Source: a virus
Virus record (IMG/VR): IMGVR_UViG_3300027977_000008
Span: 1 to 64,000 of that record
Direction: 5' to 3' (one strand)
Length of the DNA stretch: 64,000 nucleotides
Shown here: piece after piece, positions 27,501 through 37,560 of the stretch
How positions within the stretch are numbered: the first letter of the stretch is position 1
Layout: the number at the start of each line of letters is the position of its first letter
Made by a program: the position numbers and the translations under genes
Notes under the pieces: generated by a model
The model's input: the letters and a program-made list of their open reading frames with translations, nothing else
What the model was told of the DNA's origin: nothing
Database searches by the model: none

Positions 27501-30500
27501 AAATACTGATGTTATTGACTTTAGACCACGAGTAGCAGACTATAGTGGAACATTATCACCATTTGAATTTTCATCAAGAAACTTTGGTGGATCTGGACAA
27601 ACTGTTCCAAATGTGATTGTTTCTGATGAAAATATTGTTTTAGACTATAATTTCTATACGGGAAGAATTGATAGACTATTCCTCAATCAGGACAATACAT
27701 TTACTATTGCAAAAGGTGTTTCTTCTCAACGTCCAGTTTTACCAGAAGCAATTAATGGGTCATTTGAACTTGCAACAATTACATACGCACCATATGTTTA
27801 TAACGTAGATACTGATATAACAATTGAATTTAAAGCGAATAAGCGTTATACAATGCTTGATATTGGAAAACTTGAGAATAGAATTGCTGGTTTAGAATAT
27901 TATACAAGCCTGTCCTTGCTTGAAGCAAAAACATCAAGTTTAGTTATTAAAGACCCAGATACAGGACTTGATAAATTTAAGTCTGGATTTGTTGTAGATA
28001 ATTTCAGCACATTTGATGTTGCAGATAAAACACTGCCTGTATTAAAGTATGATATTGAAAATAATGAAATGGTTGCAAGATCATATTATGATAGCATTGA
28101 CCTTTTAGTTGGATCACAATCTCTTATCGGTACAAATGGAGTATCAAATTTAAGTGTTGATGTACGTTATGTAAATGATCTTGGATCTACAAATATTAAG
28201 AAGTCAAAAAATATTGTAACTCTAGATTATTCTGAGGTAGAAGATTTTAAACAACCATTTGCAAGTAGAGCAGTAAATGTCAATCCATTTGATGTTGTTA
28301 CTTGGCGTGGTAATATGTCTCTTAATCCAACGCAAGATGTTTGGATTGAGAGAGAATATAAAACTATTGATGGTGGTTTTGGAACTACTGAAGTTATTAC
28401 AACTTCAACTGCAATTCCAAATCTGAGAGCACAGAATATTGAATTCAAAGCATCGAGACTAAAACCAGCAACTAAGTTCTTTAGTTTCTTCTCAAGAACA
28501 GATATGTCTGATAATAGGACGTTGACTGTTCCTAAACTATTAGAAGTAACACCAGTTCAAGGATCTTTCCAAGTTGGAGAAACAGTTGTTGGAAGACTTC
28601 TTTCTAACCAAAATACAACAACAAATCTAGAAATTAGATTTAGGCTTGCACAAGCAAACCATAAAGATGGTCCATATAATATACCAACAGCAGTTTACAA
28701 TAATAATCCATATTCAAATGTTGGATTAAGTTCTTTCTACAGTGATACAACTGAAGTATTGAATATTGATACTGCATCACTAAATCAAAAATCTGATGAA
28801 AGATTTTTTGGTTCCCTTGTTCAAGGAATGAAACTTGTTGGTGAAACGAGTAAAGCAGAAGCAACTGTAAAAGAAATTCGTTTAATTAGTGATGCAAATG
28901 GTGTTCTGATTGGAAGTATTAACATTCCAAAAACAAATCTAAAATTTGCAAACGGAACAAATACTGTTGAAGTATCTGCGGAAAAAACCCCATCAAATAT
29001 TCCTGGTGTGGTTGTAAGTAGAGCAGACGCAAACTTCTTCTCACAAGGAACATTACAAACACAAACAACTATTGTTCGTCGTCGTCCACCTCCCGCACCA
29101 TCAGACCCATTAGCACAATCATTCTTTGTTGAAGAAGATCCTGGTATTTTCTATACCTCAGTTGATCTTTATTTTGCAACAAAGAGTTCAATAATTCCTG
29201 TAGAACTTAGAATTGTAAATGTCGTAAATGGTTTTCCTTCTGGAACTATTATTGAAGGGTCTAGTGTTATCAAATATCCAAACGAAATTACAACTTCAAG
29301 TACAGGATCTTTAGAAACAACATTTACATTTGATGCTCCAGTTTATCTACCAAAAGGCGAATATGCATTTGTAATTCTTGCTGATACCGATGCATATAAT
29401 GTTTGGATTTCTCGTGTTGGAGAAGAAGATATTTCAACTGCAAACTTACCAGAAATTCAAAAAATTATTATCAATAAGCAACCATCATTAGGATCTTTAT
29501 TCAAGTCACAAAATGCATCTACTTGGGAAGCATCGCAACTTGAAGACCTAAAATATGTTGCACGTAAAGCAAAATTCAATACACAAAAGGGAACATTTAA
29601 GTTTTATAATCCAGAACTAAGGACATATAATTCTAGAAATATCCTACAAGCAAATCCAATTGAAGTATTTGCTAAAAAAGTAACCCTTGGGTTATCTTCT
29701 GCGATTACATCTCCATTTATTGTTGTTGGATCCCAAATTAAACAAGACAATAGAACTTCCAGTGGATTTGTAGAAAGTCTAGGTGGTGCTGTTGGACTTG
29801 CCAATACTGGATTAAGTGTTACTAATGTTGGTGTTGGATATTCTAATGGAATATTCCAAGGAGTAAACTTTACAACAGTTACTGGATCTGGATCTGGATC
29901 TACTGGTATCGTTACTGTCAGTGGTGGTGCTGTTTCTAGTGTATGTGTCACTGCTAGTGGTGGTGGATATGTAGTTGGTGATACGCTAACAGCTACGCTT
30001 GGTAGTAACACATTAGGTCAAAATTTAACCTTAACTGTAGGTGTTGTTACCTCAACAAATACTCTTGTTCTAACTAACGTAACTGGACAAGAGTTCAATA
30101 CATCAGATCAAATTCAGTATGTACCAACTGCAGGTGCTGGTGTTGGTGTTGGATCAACTCTATTCTCTATTGTTCCTTCTACTGCTACAATCAACACAGA
30201 TCAGTATGATGGAACATATTTCAAAGTAAACCATAAGAACCATGGAATGCACGCTGATAACAATATTGTCACAATTACTGGAATTAGTGGTGATACTGTA
30301 GCGACTTCAATTCAAGTTGGATATGCAGTAAGTTCTATTGCTAATATCAGTGTCGCAAGTAGCACAAATTTCAATATGTTTGAAGGTGTTCAAGTTTCTT
30401 CATCAAATCCAGGATTTGCTTTAGTTGGTGACGAAATTATTGCATATATTGGTGTTGGCAACAATATTCTAACTGGTATCACAACCAGAGGAGTTGATGG

Positions 30501-31506
30501 AACAACAGCAAGAACTTATGAAGCAAATACACCAATTCAAAAATATGAATTTGCTGGTGTATCGTTAAGAAAAATTAATACCACACACAATCTTATCAAT
30601 TCGTCAAATACAATTCAGGATAAAATAACCCTTGATCAATATCATGTAAAAATTTCAGGAGCAGAAGTATTCAACTCCAGTAAAATTGGTGGTGGATCAA
30701 ATGCTAAGGCAACTCAAAATATTCAATTTGAAAGTATTGTTCCTCACATTGATTATAATCTTCCAAATGGAACAAGTATTAGTGCTCAGGTAAGAACAAC
30801 ATCTGGAACAAGTATTGATGGAAGTGAAGTATCATTCCAGGATAAAGGATATGAACCAGTTTCGCTAACAAATGAAACAACTTTTAACGATCCAAGAATA
30901 ATTGCTTCTAGACCAAATGAAGAAGCAAAACTTCTTGCTCTTCCTGGTGCTAAATCATTTACTTTTGAATTGGAATTGAGTACAACCAATGAAAATGTGT
31001 CTCCAAGTATAAACGCATTTGAAAGTTTCGTTACTACTCAGTCTCATAGGGTAAACAGTCCAATTATAAATTATGCTACAGATAGAAGAGCAAATCTTCT
31101 TGTAGAGGATCCACACGATCTTTCGTATCTAACTAAGATAATTGCTCTAGAAGCACCTGCAACTTCACTCAAGGTCCTTTTAGATGCTTATAGGCAAACA
31201 TCAACAGATATTAGAATTCTATACCGATTGTTTAGAGTTGATGGTTCTGAACTTGATAAAGTGTTTGAATTATTCCCTGGATACGATAATCTTGATGCTA
31301 ACCAACAGGTTATCAATATTAAAAATAATAGTGGAAGATCCGATAGGAATATTTCCGCAAGTCTCAATAATCAGTTTGTAGAATATATTTGGACGGCAAA
31401 TAGTCTACCACAGTTTAGTGCATATCAAATTAAAATTGAATGTTCAACTACAAATCAAGCACAATCACCAAGGATTAGAAACTTTAGAGCAATTGCATTA
31501 GCGTGA
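24520..31506 (+). CDS. Large virion structural protein (DUF4815/VrlC-like)
   Basis: PYYDDFD, QARELTTLQ, APGADRL, ARRTYDESGDY, DPLAQSF and GSLFKSQN motifs. Confidence 0.85.
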   Translation: MPQNTNLNTNPYYDDFDQAKNYNKILFKPGVPIQARELTTLQSILQDQVEKFGKHFFKEGSVVIPGSIAYDDRYYAVKVEPTFFGVPVERYYDQLVGLTIQGKTSGITAVVKKVLSKNQSIEGVTTLYVKYQKSSEQDYSTDQFLDGENLVTLTTFTYGSTTIAAGSDFSTCILTKATATGYSFSVTEGVFFARGAFIAVNDEIIILDQYSNTPSYRVGFFVNEEIISAVEDSSLSDNAQGYSNYTAPGADRLKISLSLIKKNLDDYQDENFIELFRVKNGEVKKIINKTVYSEIAKELARRTYDESGDYYVNQFDLQAKESLNDRYSTFGVFFPEENTDQGNKPSKDLLEIQIGSGKAYVKGYEVETIGTTFLDVEKPRETTTVLGAGIPFQAGNLLRVNNVYGGASVGLATTGYVDLRSHRLGSNKSATAGQSVGRARIYDYKCTNADYSNNASQFDLYLYDIQTDTEITLNQTLSLSAPALIEGKNSGAKGYLRSISGNILTLHQTSGNFIVDEAILVNEIENGRVITKVLEFDITDVRSVRSEVGITTFSVDTVLEPKINFGAKPFTITSGSGGVSTVTSSTSGWTVGIKTGDIVSYARTDVSGSVFNRVKTITPTAQSLTVEAVTNVVGVATGTLPPGAVSFSGLLVVAPKIRNSSSGFMYAEFPNKNIESVDLTTSDIFIRKEYRDRSSSSLGSLDLPSLAGTDFVYAPFDEERYSIFYMDGTVEPLTQDQFQLTNGGKGATIFGLSKVNQTGVVAVTTQQKSKVTSKNKVLNRSASVTVSGSKYNYSGISTGVSDGLIYTNAYGKRVQDKEISLDVADVVNVHAVFQSSTNGAPTVPSLVLSSLNGPNGTNQDLINSEILIGNTSGASALVLGKTATNQIYYITKNNQSFLETEQVTFQESGVTGNISQINLGDPNILDNFSFDTGQRLEYYDFGRLIRKSGSQEPSRQLKVYFDYFTINSSDNGEIITTNSYPDYNENIQTFNNIRNTDVIDFRPRVADYSGTLSPFEFSSRNFGGSGQTVPNVIVSDENIVLDYNFYTGRIDRLFLNQDNTFTIAKGVSSQRPVLPEAINGSFELATITYAPYVYNVDTDITIEFKANKRYTMLDIGKLENRIAGLEYYTSLSLLEAKTSSLVIKDPDTGLDKFKSGFVVDNFSTFDVADKTLPVLKYDIENNEMVARSYYDSIDLLVGSQSLIGTNGVSNLSVDVRYVNDLGSTNIKKSKNIVTLDYSEVEDFKQPFASRAVNVNPFDVVTWRGNMSLNPTQDVWIEREYKTIDGGFGTTEVITTSTAIPNLRAQNIEFKASRLKPATKFFSFFSRTDMSDNRTLTVPKLLEVTPVQGSFQVGETVVGRLLSNQNTTTNLEIRFRLAQANHKDGPYNIPTAVYNNNPYSNVGLSSFYSDTTEVLNIDTASLNQKSDERFFGSLVQGMKLVGETSKAEATVKEIRLISDANGVLIGSINIPKTNLKFANGTNTVEVSAEKTPSNIPGVVVSRADANFFSQGTLQTQTTIVRRRPPPAPSDPLAQSFFVEEDPGIFYTSVDLYFATKSSIIPVELRIVNVVNGFPSGTIIEGSSVIKYPNEITTSSTGSLETTFTFDAPVYLPKGEYAFVILADTDAYNVWISRVGEEDISTANLPEIQKIIINKQPSLGSLFKSQNASTWEASQLEDLKYVARKAKFNTQKGTFKFYNPELRTYNSRNILQANPIEVFAKKVTLGLSSAITSPFIVVGSQIKQDNRTSSGFVESLGGAVGLANTGLSVTNVGVGYSNGIFQGVNFTTVTGSGSGSTGIVTVSGGAVSSVCVTASGGGYVVGDTLTATLGSNTLGQNLTLTVGVVTSTNTLVLTNVTGQEFNTSDQIQYVPTAGAGVGVGSTLFSIVPSTATINTDQYDGTYFKVNHKNHGMHADNNIVTITGISGDTVATSIQVGYAVSSIANISVASSTNFNMFEGVQVSSSNPGFALVGDEIIAYIGVGNNILTGITTRGVDGTTARTYEANTPIQKYEFAGVSLRKINTTHNLINSSNTIQDKITLDQYHVKISGAEVFNSSKIGGGSNAKATQNIQFESIVPHIDYNLPNGTSISAQVRTTSGTSIDGSEVSFQDKGYEPVSLTNETTFNDPRIIASRPNEEAKLLALPGAKSFTFELELSTTNENVSPSINAFESFVTTQSHRVNSPIINYATDRRANLLVEDPHDLSYLTKIIALEAPATSLKVLLDAYRQTSTDIRILYRLFRVDGSELDKVFELFPGYDNLDANQQVINIKNNSGRSDRNISASLNNQFVEYIWTANSLPQFSAYQIKIECSTTNQAQSPRIRNFRAIALA

Positions 31507-31697
31507 CAAAACGAGCAAAAGTAGAGGATTATTCAAATCTTGAAAGAGATTTACATACACAAGCAATCATAAACATGGATATGGTTGCTTATGAAAAATA
31601 TATCCATGAAAAAAATACTCGTTTACGTTATGAAACAGAACTCAAAGAACTAAGATCTGAGATTGAAGTTTTAAAGTCTCTTTTTCTCAATAAATAA
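31503..31697 (+). CDS. Small coiled-coil protein
   Basis: LERD..TQAIIN motif plus a C-terminal heptad pattern. Confidence 0.7.
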   Translation: MTKRAKVEDYSNLERDLHTQAIINMDMVAYEKYIHEKNTRLRYETELKELRSEIEVLKSLFLNK

Positions 31698-31717
31698 TTC
31701 TAGTATGGTAGTATGAG

Positions 31718-32059
31718 ATGGCAGTTCCAACAATTAATTTAGTCTTTGAACAAGGATCTGATTTTTCAAAAACTTTTTCTTTAAAAAAATCTGATGGTTC
31801 TCCTTTAGATTTGACTGGATATAATTTTGATGCAAAAATGAGAAAGTGGAGTGGTTCTGCTGGTCATATTAGTTTTGCTACAACATATAATGCAAATCCA
31901 TCTCAGGGTAAATTGACATTATCATTGAATAATTCTCAAACTGGTATTATCACTGGTGGTAGATATAATTATGATATTTTGGTTATTAATACTAGTCAAA
32001 ATAATGTAAAAACAAAAGTTATAACTGGTCAAATTACAGTAAACCCAACGGTTTCTTAA
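31718..32059 (+). CDS. Small virion structural protein (BppU-like)
   Basis: EQGSDF, PLDLTGY, GRYNYD and ITVNPTVS motifs; ATAAATA at 31690-31696. Confidence 0.7.
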   Translation: MAVPTINLVFEQGSDFSKTFSLKKSDGSPLDLTGYNFDAKMRKWSGSAGHISFATTYNANPSQGKLTLSLNNSQTGIITGGRYNYDILVINTSQNNVKTKVITGQITVNPTVS

Positions 32060-32060
32060 A

Positions 32061-32435
32061 ATGACAGATATTATAGTTACTATTGAAGATAGTAACGCAG
32101 AAATTATATCTACTATTGAAGATAGTAATGCAGATATTAATATTGGTATAGGAGAAATTCAAGTAGTTGTTACCTCAGCACAATCAAACGTGGCAAATTT
32201 AGCAGATATTTTAGACGTAGATACAACAAATTTAAATGGATCTACTAACAAATATGTTATGGTTTATGATGCCACAACACAAAAATATGTGTTTGTAAAT
32301 CCTGATACAGTAATAGATGCATCTGTTGGAATAACAACAACAGATCCTACTCCTGTAGGAATGTCAACCGCAACAATAAATTATTTGGACGATGTGTTAG
32401 ATAATAAAATAGATTTAGATGCAGGAGAATGGTAA
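32061..32435 (+). CDS. Fibre-associated hypothetical protein
   Basis: LADILDVD, MVYDATTQKY and C-terminal LDAGEW; internal TIEDSNA duplication. Confidence 0.65.
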   Translation: MTDIIVTIEDSNAEIISTIEDSNADINIGIGEIQVVVTSAQSNVANLADILDVDTTNLNGSTNKYVMVYDATTQKYVFVNPDTVIDASVGITTTDPTPVGMSTATINYLDDVLDNKIDLDAGEW

Positions 32436-32477
32436 ATATCTAAATAAACTTAGTTAACCATATTTCATATATATCAA

Positions 32478-35099
32478 ATGTCTGCTCCGGTAGTTCAGTT
32501 TAAAAGAGGTTTATTTAGTAATTTACCTGGTCTGAGAATAGGTGAACCCGGTTTCACTACTGACAAATATGATCTTTATGTGGGTATTGATAGTACAACA
32601 GAAAATAATAAATTCTTTGGTTCTCATCGTTATTGGACAAAGGAAACTACAACAGTAGGTTCTGGTGTAAATCTTGTTGAAGGTACTAATAATGGTGCCA
32701 ATTCAATTACATTAAAAGCACCTGCATCCATTGGATCAGATGTAACTTATACATTTCCAAGTTCTGCTGTAGATCAAGGATATCTAAGAACAAACTCCAG
32801 TGGAACTCTTACTTGGGAAAGTGGAGTAAACACTTCTGGCGTTTCTACAATTGCATTTCTACAGGCAACCACTACAAACGTTTCCGCTGCAGCTACTGTA
32901 GGGACTGATCTATCGGTAAATAGAGACCTAACAGTATCTGGTGGCATTACAGGAAACTTAAATGCTACTGGAGTATCAACAGCATCTCATTTACAATCAA
33001 CTACAGTTAATGTTTCCGCTGCAGCTACTGTAGGGACTGATCTATCGGTAAATAGAGACCTAACAGTATCTGGTGGCATTACAGGAAACTTAAATGCTAC
33101 TGGAGTATCAACTGCTTCCTTCTTACAAGCAACCACTACAAACGTTTCCGCTGCAGCTACTGTAGGGACTGATCTATCGGTAAATAGAAACCTAACAGTA
33201 TTAGGTGGCATTACAGGAAACTTAAATGCTACTGGAGTATCAACTGCTTCCTTCTTACAAGCAACCACAGTTAATGCAACTGGCATTATTACAGCATCAT
33301 CTTTCCGTGGTGCAGATTTCCGTGATACTGATGGGTCATTAGTTCCTCTAGTTGGTGTTCAAACTGGTGGTGGTCATAACGGTCTTGTAACAGCATTTAA
33401 GTTTACTGGAACAGGTTTAGAAAATTATCAAGTTATCAATGAAGTTGCAGTCATTACAATATCTGGTGTTGCAGCATCTACATATACAACTTCAGAACTT
33501 ATAAGTGCAACACAAAATCAGGCAGCATTTACAGTTTCTGCTGGTTATCAAGAAGGATTTGTTGATGTATATTTAAATGGTCTAAGACTAGTAACTAATA
33601 CGGACTATACAGCAACTGATGGATCACTTGTAAATTTAACAACAGGTGTTAATGCAGGTGATGAACTAGAAATTGTTACCTTCAAATCACTTGGTGATGT
33701 TGTTGCAGTCCAAAACTTTAAGACTGCTGGAAATATCCTAATGACAGGATTTTCTACCTCAACTAAGGTATTTGAAGCTTTAGGTGGAGCAAAACTTGCT
33801 GGAATTACAACTACTTCACAACTTACAGCAACCACTACAAACGTTTCCGCTGCAGCTACTGTAGGGACTGATCTATCGGTAAATAGAAACCTAACAGTAT
33901 CTGGTGGCATTACTGGTGCAGTAAATAACGCTGGTGTTGGTACTGTAGCATTTCTACAGGCAACCACTGCAAACGTTTCCGCTGCAGCTACTGTAGGGAC
34001 TGATCTATCGGTAAATAGAGACCTAACAGTATCTGGTGGCATTACAGGTAATATTAATGCCTCTGGTGTTTCTACAATCACTCAAATTCAAGCAACTACA
34101 GTAAACGCTGTGGGTGTTATTACTGCATCATCTTTCAGTGGTTCTGGTGCTGGTATTTCATCCAATACCATTCCAATTCTTGCCCTTGATATTGCTGGAG
34201 GCACTGCGCTTTCATCTTTAACACAGAATGATTTATTAATTATTGCAGATGAAGGTACTGGCAATATTAGAAAAATTACTGCGGATCAAATGTCGCAGTA
34301 TGTTCTTGGTGGCGCTGGTGGTGCTACATTACCAGCGTTAAAAATCACAGGTCTTTCAACTTTTGTTGGTAACGTTAGTGCTGAAGAAAACTTAACGGTT
34401 GCTGGTGGTATTACTGGTAGATTAAATTCTGTTGGTGTTTCTACAATTTCGTTCTTACAATCAACTACAGTAAATATTTCTGCTGGTGCAACTGTAGGTG
34501 GAACTCTAAATGTAAGTACTGGTGCAAATATCACTGGTGGCGAAACAACGCTATCATCGGCAACAGTTAGTGATTTAACTTCAGGTCGTGTTGTTATTGC
34601 TGGTGCTGCAGGTGCTCTGACAGATAGTACAAATCTAACCTATAGTAATAATGGTTTGATTGTTGGTTCTGGCGGTGCAAATATTACTGGTATTTCTACA
34701 TTCTCAAGTAACGTTATTATTGGTGGTGATTTGGTTGTAAACGGAACAACAACACAAATCAATACTGTACAAACCACAGTAGAAGATACTTTACTTGAAC
34801 TTCAAATGGTTGATGGATCTGCTCCATCTTCTGACACCAACAAAGATGTTGGTTTAATCATGAATTACTATGATACCCAAGCAAGAAAAGCTGCTTTCTT
34901 CTGGGATGATAGTGCATCATTATTTGTCCTTGCAGCAACCGTTTCAGAAAGTAGTGGTGTTGTTACACCATCAACATATGGTGGATTACAAATCGGTTCT
35001 CTTTATGTAAATGACTGTGCAGGTGCTTCTCAAGTAATTTCTTGCAGTGGAACTACAAGATCTCTTGAGAACATCTCAATAGATGGTGGTTCATTCTAA
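32478..35099 (+). CDS. Tail fibre protein with 44-aa repeats
   Basis: N-terminal QFKRG...GEPGF (Mtd_N-like), GDLVVNGTTT and C-terminal IDGGSF. Confidence 0.8.
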   Translation: MSAPVVQFKRGLFSNLPGLRIGEPGFTTDKYDLYVGIDSTTENNKFFGSHRYWTKETTTVGSGVNLVEGTNNGANSITLKAPASIGSDVTYTFPSSAVDQGYLRTNSSGTLTWESGVNTSGVSTIAFLQATTTNVSAAATVGTDLSVNRDLTVSGGITGNLNATGVSTASHLQSTTVNVSAAATVGTDLSVNRDLTVSGGITGNLNATGVSTASFLQATTTNVSAAATVGTDLSVNRNLTVLGGITGNLNATGVSTASFLQATTVNATGIITASSFRGADFRDTDGSLVPLVGVQTGGGHNGLVTAFKFTGTGLENYQVINEVAVITISGVAASTYTTSELISATQNQAAFTVSAGYQEGFVDVYLNGLRLVTNTDYTATDGSLVNLTTGVNAGDELEIVTFKSLGDVVAVQNFKTAGNILMTGFSTSTKVFEALGGAKLAGITTTSQLTATTTNVSAAATVGTDLSVNRNLTVSGGITGAVNNAGVGTVAFLQATTANVSAAATVGTDLSVNRDLTVSGGITGNINASGVSTITQIQATTVNAVGVITASSFSGSGAGISSNTIPILALDIAGGTALSSLTQNDLLIIADEGTGNIRKITADQMSQYVLGGAGGATLPALKITGLSTFVGNVSAEENLTVAGGITGRLNSVGVSTISFLQSTTVNISAGATVGGTLNVSTGANITGGETTLSSATVSDLTSGRVVIAGAAGALTDSTNLTYSNNGLIVGSGGANITGISTFSSNVIIGGDLVVNGTTTQINTVQTTVEDTLLELQMVDGSAPSSDTNKDVGLIMNYYDTQARKAAFFWDDSASLFVLAATVSESSGVVTPSTYGGLQIGSLYVNDCAGASQVISCSGTTRSLENISIDGGSF
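32880..34019 (+). repeat. Five intragenic repeats with a 132-nt period
   Basis: Identical 45-nt core GTTTCCGCTGCAGCTACTGTAGGGACTGATCTATCGGTAAATAGA at 32880, 33012, 33144, 33843 and 33975. Confidence 0.9.
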
Positions 35100-35121
35100 A
35101 TCTAAATAAAATCCAATAAAT

Positions 35122-35150
35122 AGGGGAAAGTTTAAAACTTCCCCTTTTTT
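35122..35150 (+). terminator. Rho-independent terminator-like hairpin
   Basis: AGGGGAAAGTT...AACTTCCCCT followed by a T tract. Confidence 0.7.
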
Positions 35151-35156
35151 ATTGCT

Positions 35157-35342
35157 ATGAATGAACAAGAACTAAAGTCATTAATTAATGTGTATCAAAG
35201 AAGATTGAATGAAGCAAATGCACAATCTATTGCGTTTGAAGTAAGAACATTAATTCAACAAGAACTGATCAATGACTTACAACGACAATTAGAAGAAGCA
35301 CCAAAAAGGAGTACAAAAAAAGTTGATACTGCTGAATTTTAA
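35157..35342 (+). CDS. Small coiled-coil protein (possible fibre chaperone)
   Basis: 61 aa, heptad pattern, located between fibre genes. Confidence 0.65.
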   Translation: MNEQELKSLINVYQRRLNEANAQSIAFEVRTLIQQELINDLQRQLEEAPKRSTKKVDTAEF

Positions 35343-35489
35343 ATAAAAAATATCAACCTAAATAATACCAACTTAGAGACAACATTCAATCTAAACAATC
35401 ATTCGTAAAGAGAGTATATACTATTTCTGACGGCGATTATATGAATGGAAAAAAGTCTCTGCTTTATAGCAGATTTTTTATTTTTGTAA

Positions 35490-36689
35490 ATGGTAAGTCC
35501 TACAATCAAGTTTAAAAGATCAGCTGTGTCTGGGAAAATTCCCACGACATCGCAATTGGATCTTGGAGAATTATCAATCAATACATTTGGTGGTAAAATT
35601 TATATTAAACAAGACCAATCATCAGTTGGAGTTGGTACAACAGTTGTTGTTGTTAATCCTTGGAATGTTGGTACAGGAACAAATACATATAATACTTTCT
35701 TTACTGCTGGTAATGTTGGTATAGGTTCTACATTACCAACATCAAAACTAGATGTTGTAGGAGATGTTAAATTTAGCGGTGTTGTTACTGCAACAACTTT
35801 TATTGGTAAACTAACTGGAGATATTACTGGTAATATCAACTCATCAGGCGTTTCTACAGCAACATATTTAAAAGGAACAAACGTAAATGTTACTGGATTA
35901 GTCACTGCAACTACTTTTTATGGTAGCATTTATTCAACAGGAATATCAACAATTTCTGGGTTTAAGTTTCCTTCATCTGATGGAACTTCTGGTCAGTTTT
36001 TAAAAACTGACGGATTTGGAAATTTATCATTTGCCACCGCTTCTGGTGGATCCGAAAGTGTTGGTTCTGCTACAACAATTTCGGATGACTATATTACTGC
36101 AACGCAAGGACAAACAGTTTTTACGTGCAGTCAAAACTTTACTGGAAAATCTGTTCAAGTTTTTCTTAATGGCATAAAACTTAGAACAACTACAGATTTC
36201 ACAATAACTGCACCATCAACTGTTACGCTAGTTAGTGGTGCAACTGCTAATGATCGTGTCAATATTATAGTTTCCTTTGGAAATACTTTAGAAGAACAGA
36301 TATTTACTGCAACGCAAGGACAAATAATAATTAATCCAAGCGGATCTTTTGCATCTGCTTCAAACATCAAAGTATATGTCAATGGTATCAAGTTACGAAA
36401 GACTATAGATTATGGAGCATCTTCATCTGTTGCATTTATAATTCCAACAACCGCTGGAGATGAAGTTGACTTGGTTTGCGATACTGCTGAAGATTATTTC
36501 ACATCAATTCAAGGACAAACAGTATTTACCCCAACAAGTGCTGATATTACTTCAAGCAATCTTCAAGTATTTTTAAATGGTTTTAGATTAGAAAACACAC
36601 AAGATTATACAATTGGATCCCCTGCTATTAACCTTGTTTCTGCATTGACAGATGGAGATGAAGTTGATGTCGTTATTACAAGAACATAA
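35490..36689 (+). CDS. Fibre/structural protein
   Basis: IKFKRS...LGELSIN N-terminus, GNVGIGST and three ATxGQT...VxLNG...GDEV-type modules. Confidence 0.8.
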   Translation: MVSPTIKFKRSAVSGKIPTTSQLDLGELSINTFGGKIYIKQDQSSVGVGTTVVVVNPWNVGTGTNTYNTFFTAGNVGIGSTLPTSKLDVVGDVKFSGVVTATTFIGKLTGDITGNINSSGVSTATYLKGTNVNVTGLVTATTFYGSIYSTGISTISGFKFPSSDGTSGQFLKTDGFGNLSFATASGGSESVGSATTISDDYITATQGQTVFTCSQNFTGKSVQVFLNGIKLRTTTDFTITAPSTVTLVSGATANDRVNIIVSFGNTLEEQIFTATQGQIIINPSGSFASASNIKVYVNGIKLRKTIDYGASSSVAFIIPTTAGDEVDLVCDTAEDYFTSIQGQTVFTPTSADITSSNLQVFLNGFRLENTQDYTIGSPAINLVSALTDGDEVDVVITRT

Positions 36690-36714
36690 TAAATAGAAAA
36701 AAGTAGATATATCA

Positions 36715-37560
36715 ATGGCAAACCCTGCTTCTAGACAGGAATTAGTAAACTACGCAAAAAGACAACTTGGGTATCCTGTATTAGAGATTAATCTTGCCGA
36801 TGAGCAAATTGAAGATTTGATTGATGATGCTATTCAAATTTATCAAAATCGACATATGGATGGTGTCGAATTGATGTATTTGAAATTTAAAATTACTCAA
36901 AATTTTATCGATTCAATTCAAGCAAGAGGATCAAATAAATCAATAGGAATTACTACATCAACAGGGACATCAAATATAACTGGCATAGGAACAACTACAT
37001 TCTCCTTTGAAGAAAATCAAAACTTTATTCAAGTTCCAGATGCAGTTATTGGAATTGAAAAAGTTTGGAAATTAGATAATCGTGCAATTAGCACGAATAT
37101 GTTTAGTGTAAACTATCAATTATTTTTGAATGATATTTATTGGTTTAGTTCTACTGAACTATTGAACTATACTATGACAAAAAGATATTTGGAAGATATA
37201 GATTTTATTCTACATCCAGATAAACAAATTAGGTTCAATAGAAGACAGAATAGATTATACCTAGACACAGATTATTCTAGTATGAAGGTTGATGATTATA
37301 TTATTATTCAATGCTATAGAGTTCTAAATCCAAATGAATTTACAAAAGTTTATAATGATCCATTTTTGAAGAAGTACTTTACTGCTTTGATGAAAAGACA
37401 ATGGGGGCAAAACCTAATCAAGTTTAGGGGAGTAAAACTTCCAGGTGGAATTGAGTTGAATGGTCGTGAAATTTATGAAGATGCCTTAGGAGAATTAGAA
37501 AAACTAGAAGAAAGAATGACTTATGATTATGAACTTCCTCCATTAGATATGATCGGATAA
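36715..37560 (+). CDS. gp13: Neck protein gp13
   Basis: RQLGYPVLEIN and KRQWGQNLIKF..VKLPGG motifs. Confidence 0.93.
   Translation: MANPASRQELVNYAKRQLGYPVLEINLADEQIEDLIDDAIQIYQNRHMDGVELMYLKFKITQNFIDSIQARGSNKSIGITTSTGTSNITGIGTTTFSFEENQNFIQVPDAVIGIEKVWKLDNRAISTNMFSVNYQLFLNDIYWFSSTELLNYTMTKRYLEDIDFILHPDKQIRFNRRQNRLYLDTDYSSMKVDDYIIIQCYRVLNPNEFTKVYNDPFLKKYFTALMKRQWGQNLIKFRGVKLPGGIELNGREIYEDALGELEKLEERMTYDYELPPLDMIG

Noticed and set aside
32478-36689. Diversity-generating retroelement at the fibre genes
   Set aside because: No reverse transcriptase in the window; the repeats are in-frame and intragenic, with no template/variable pair.
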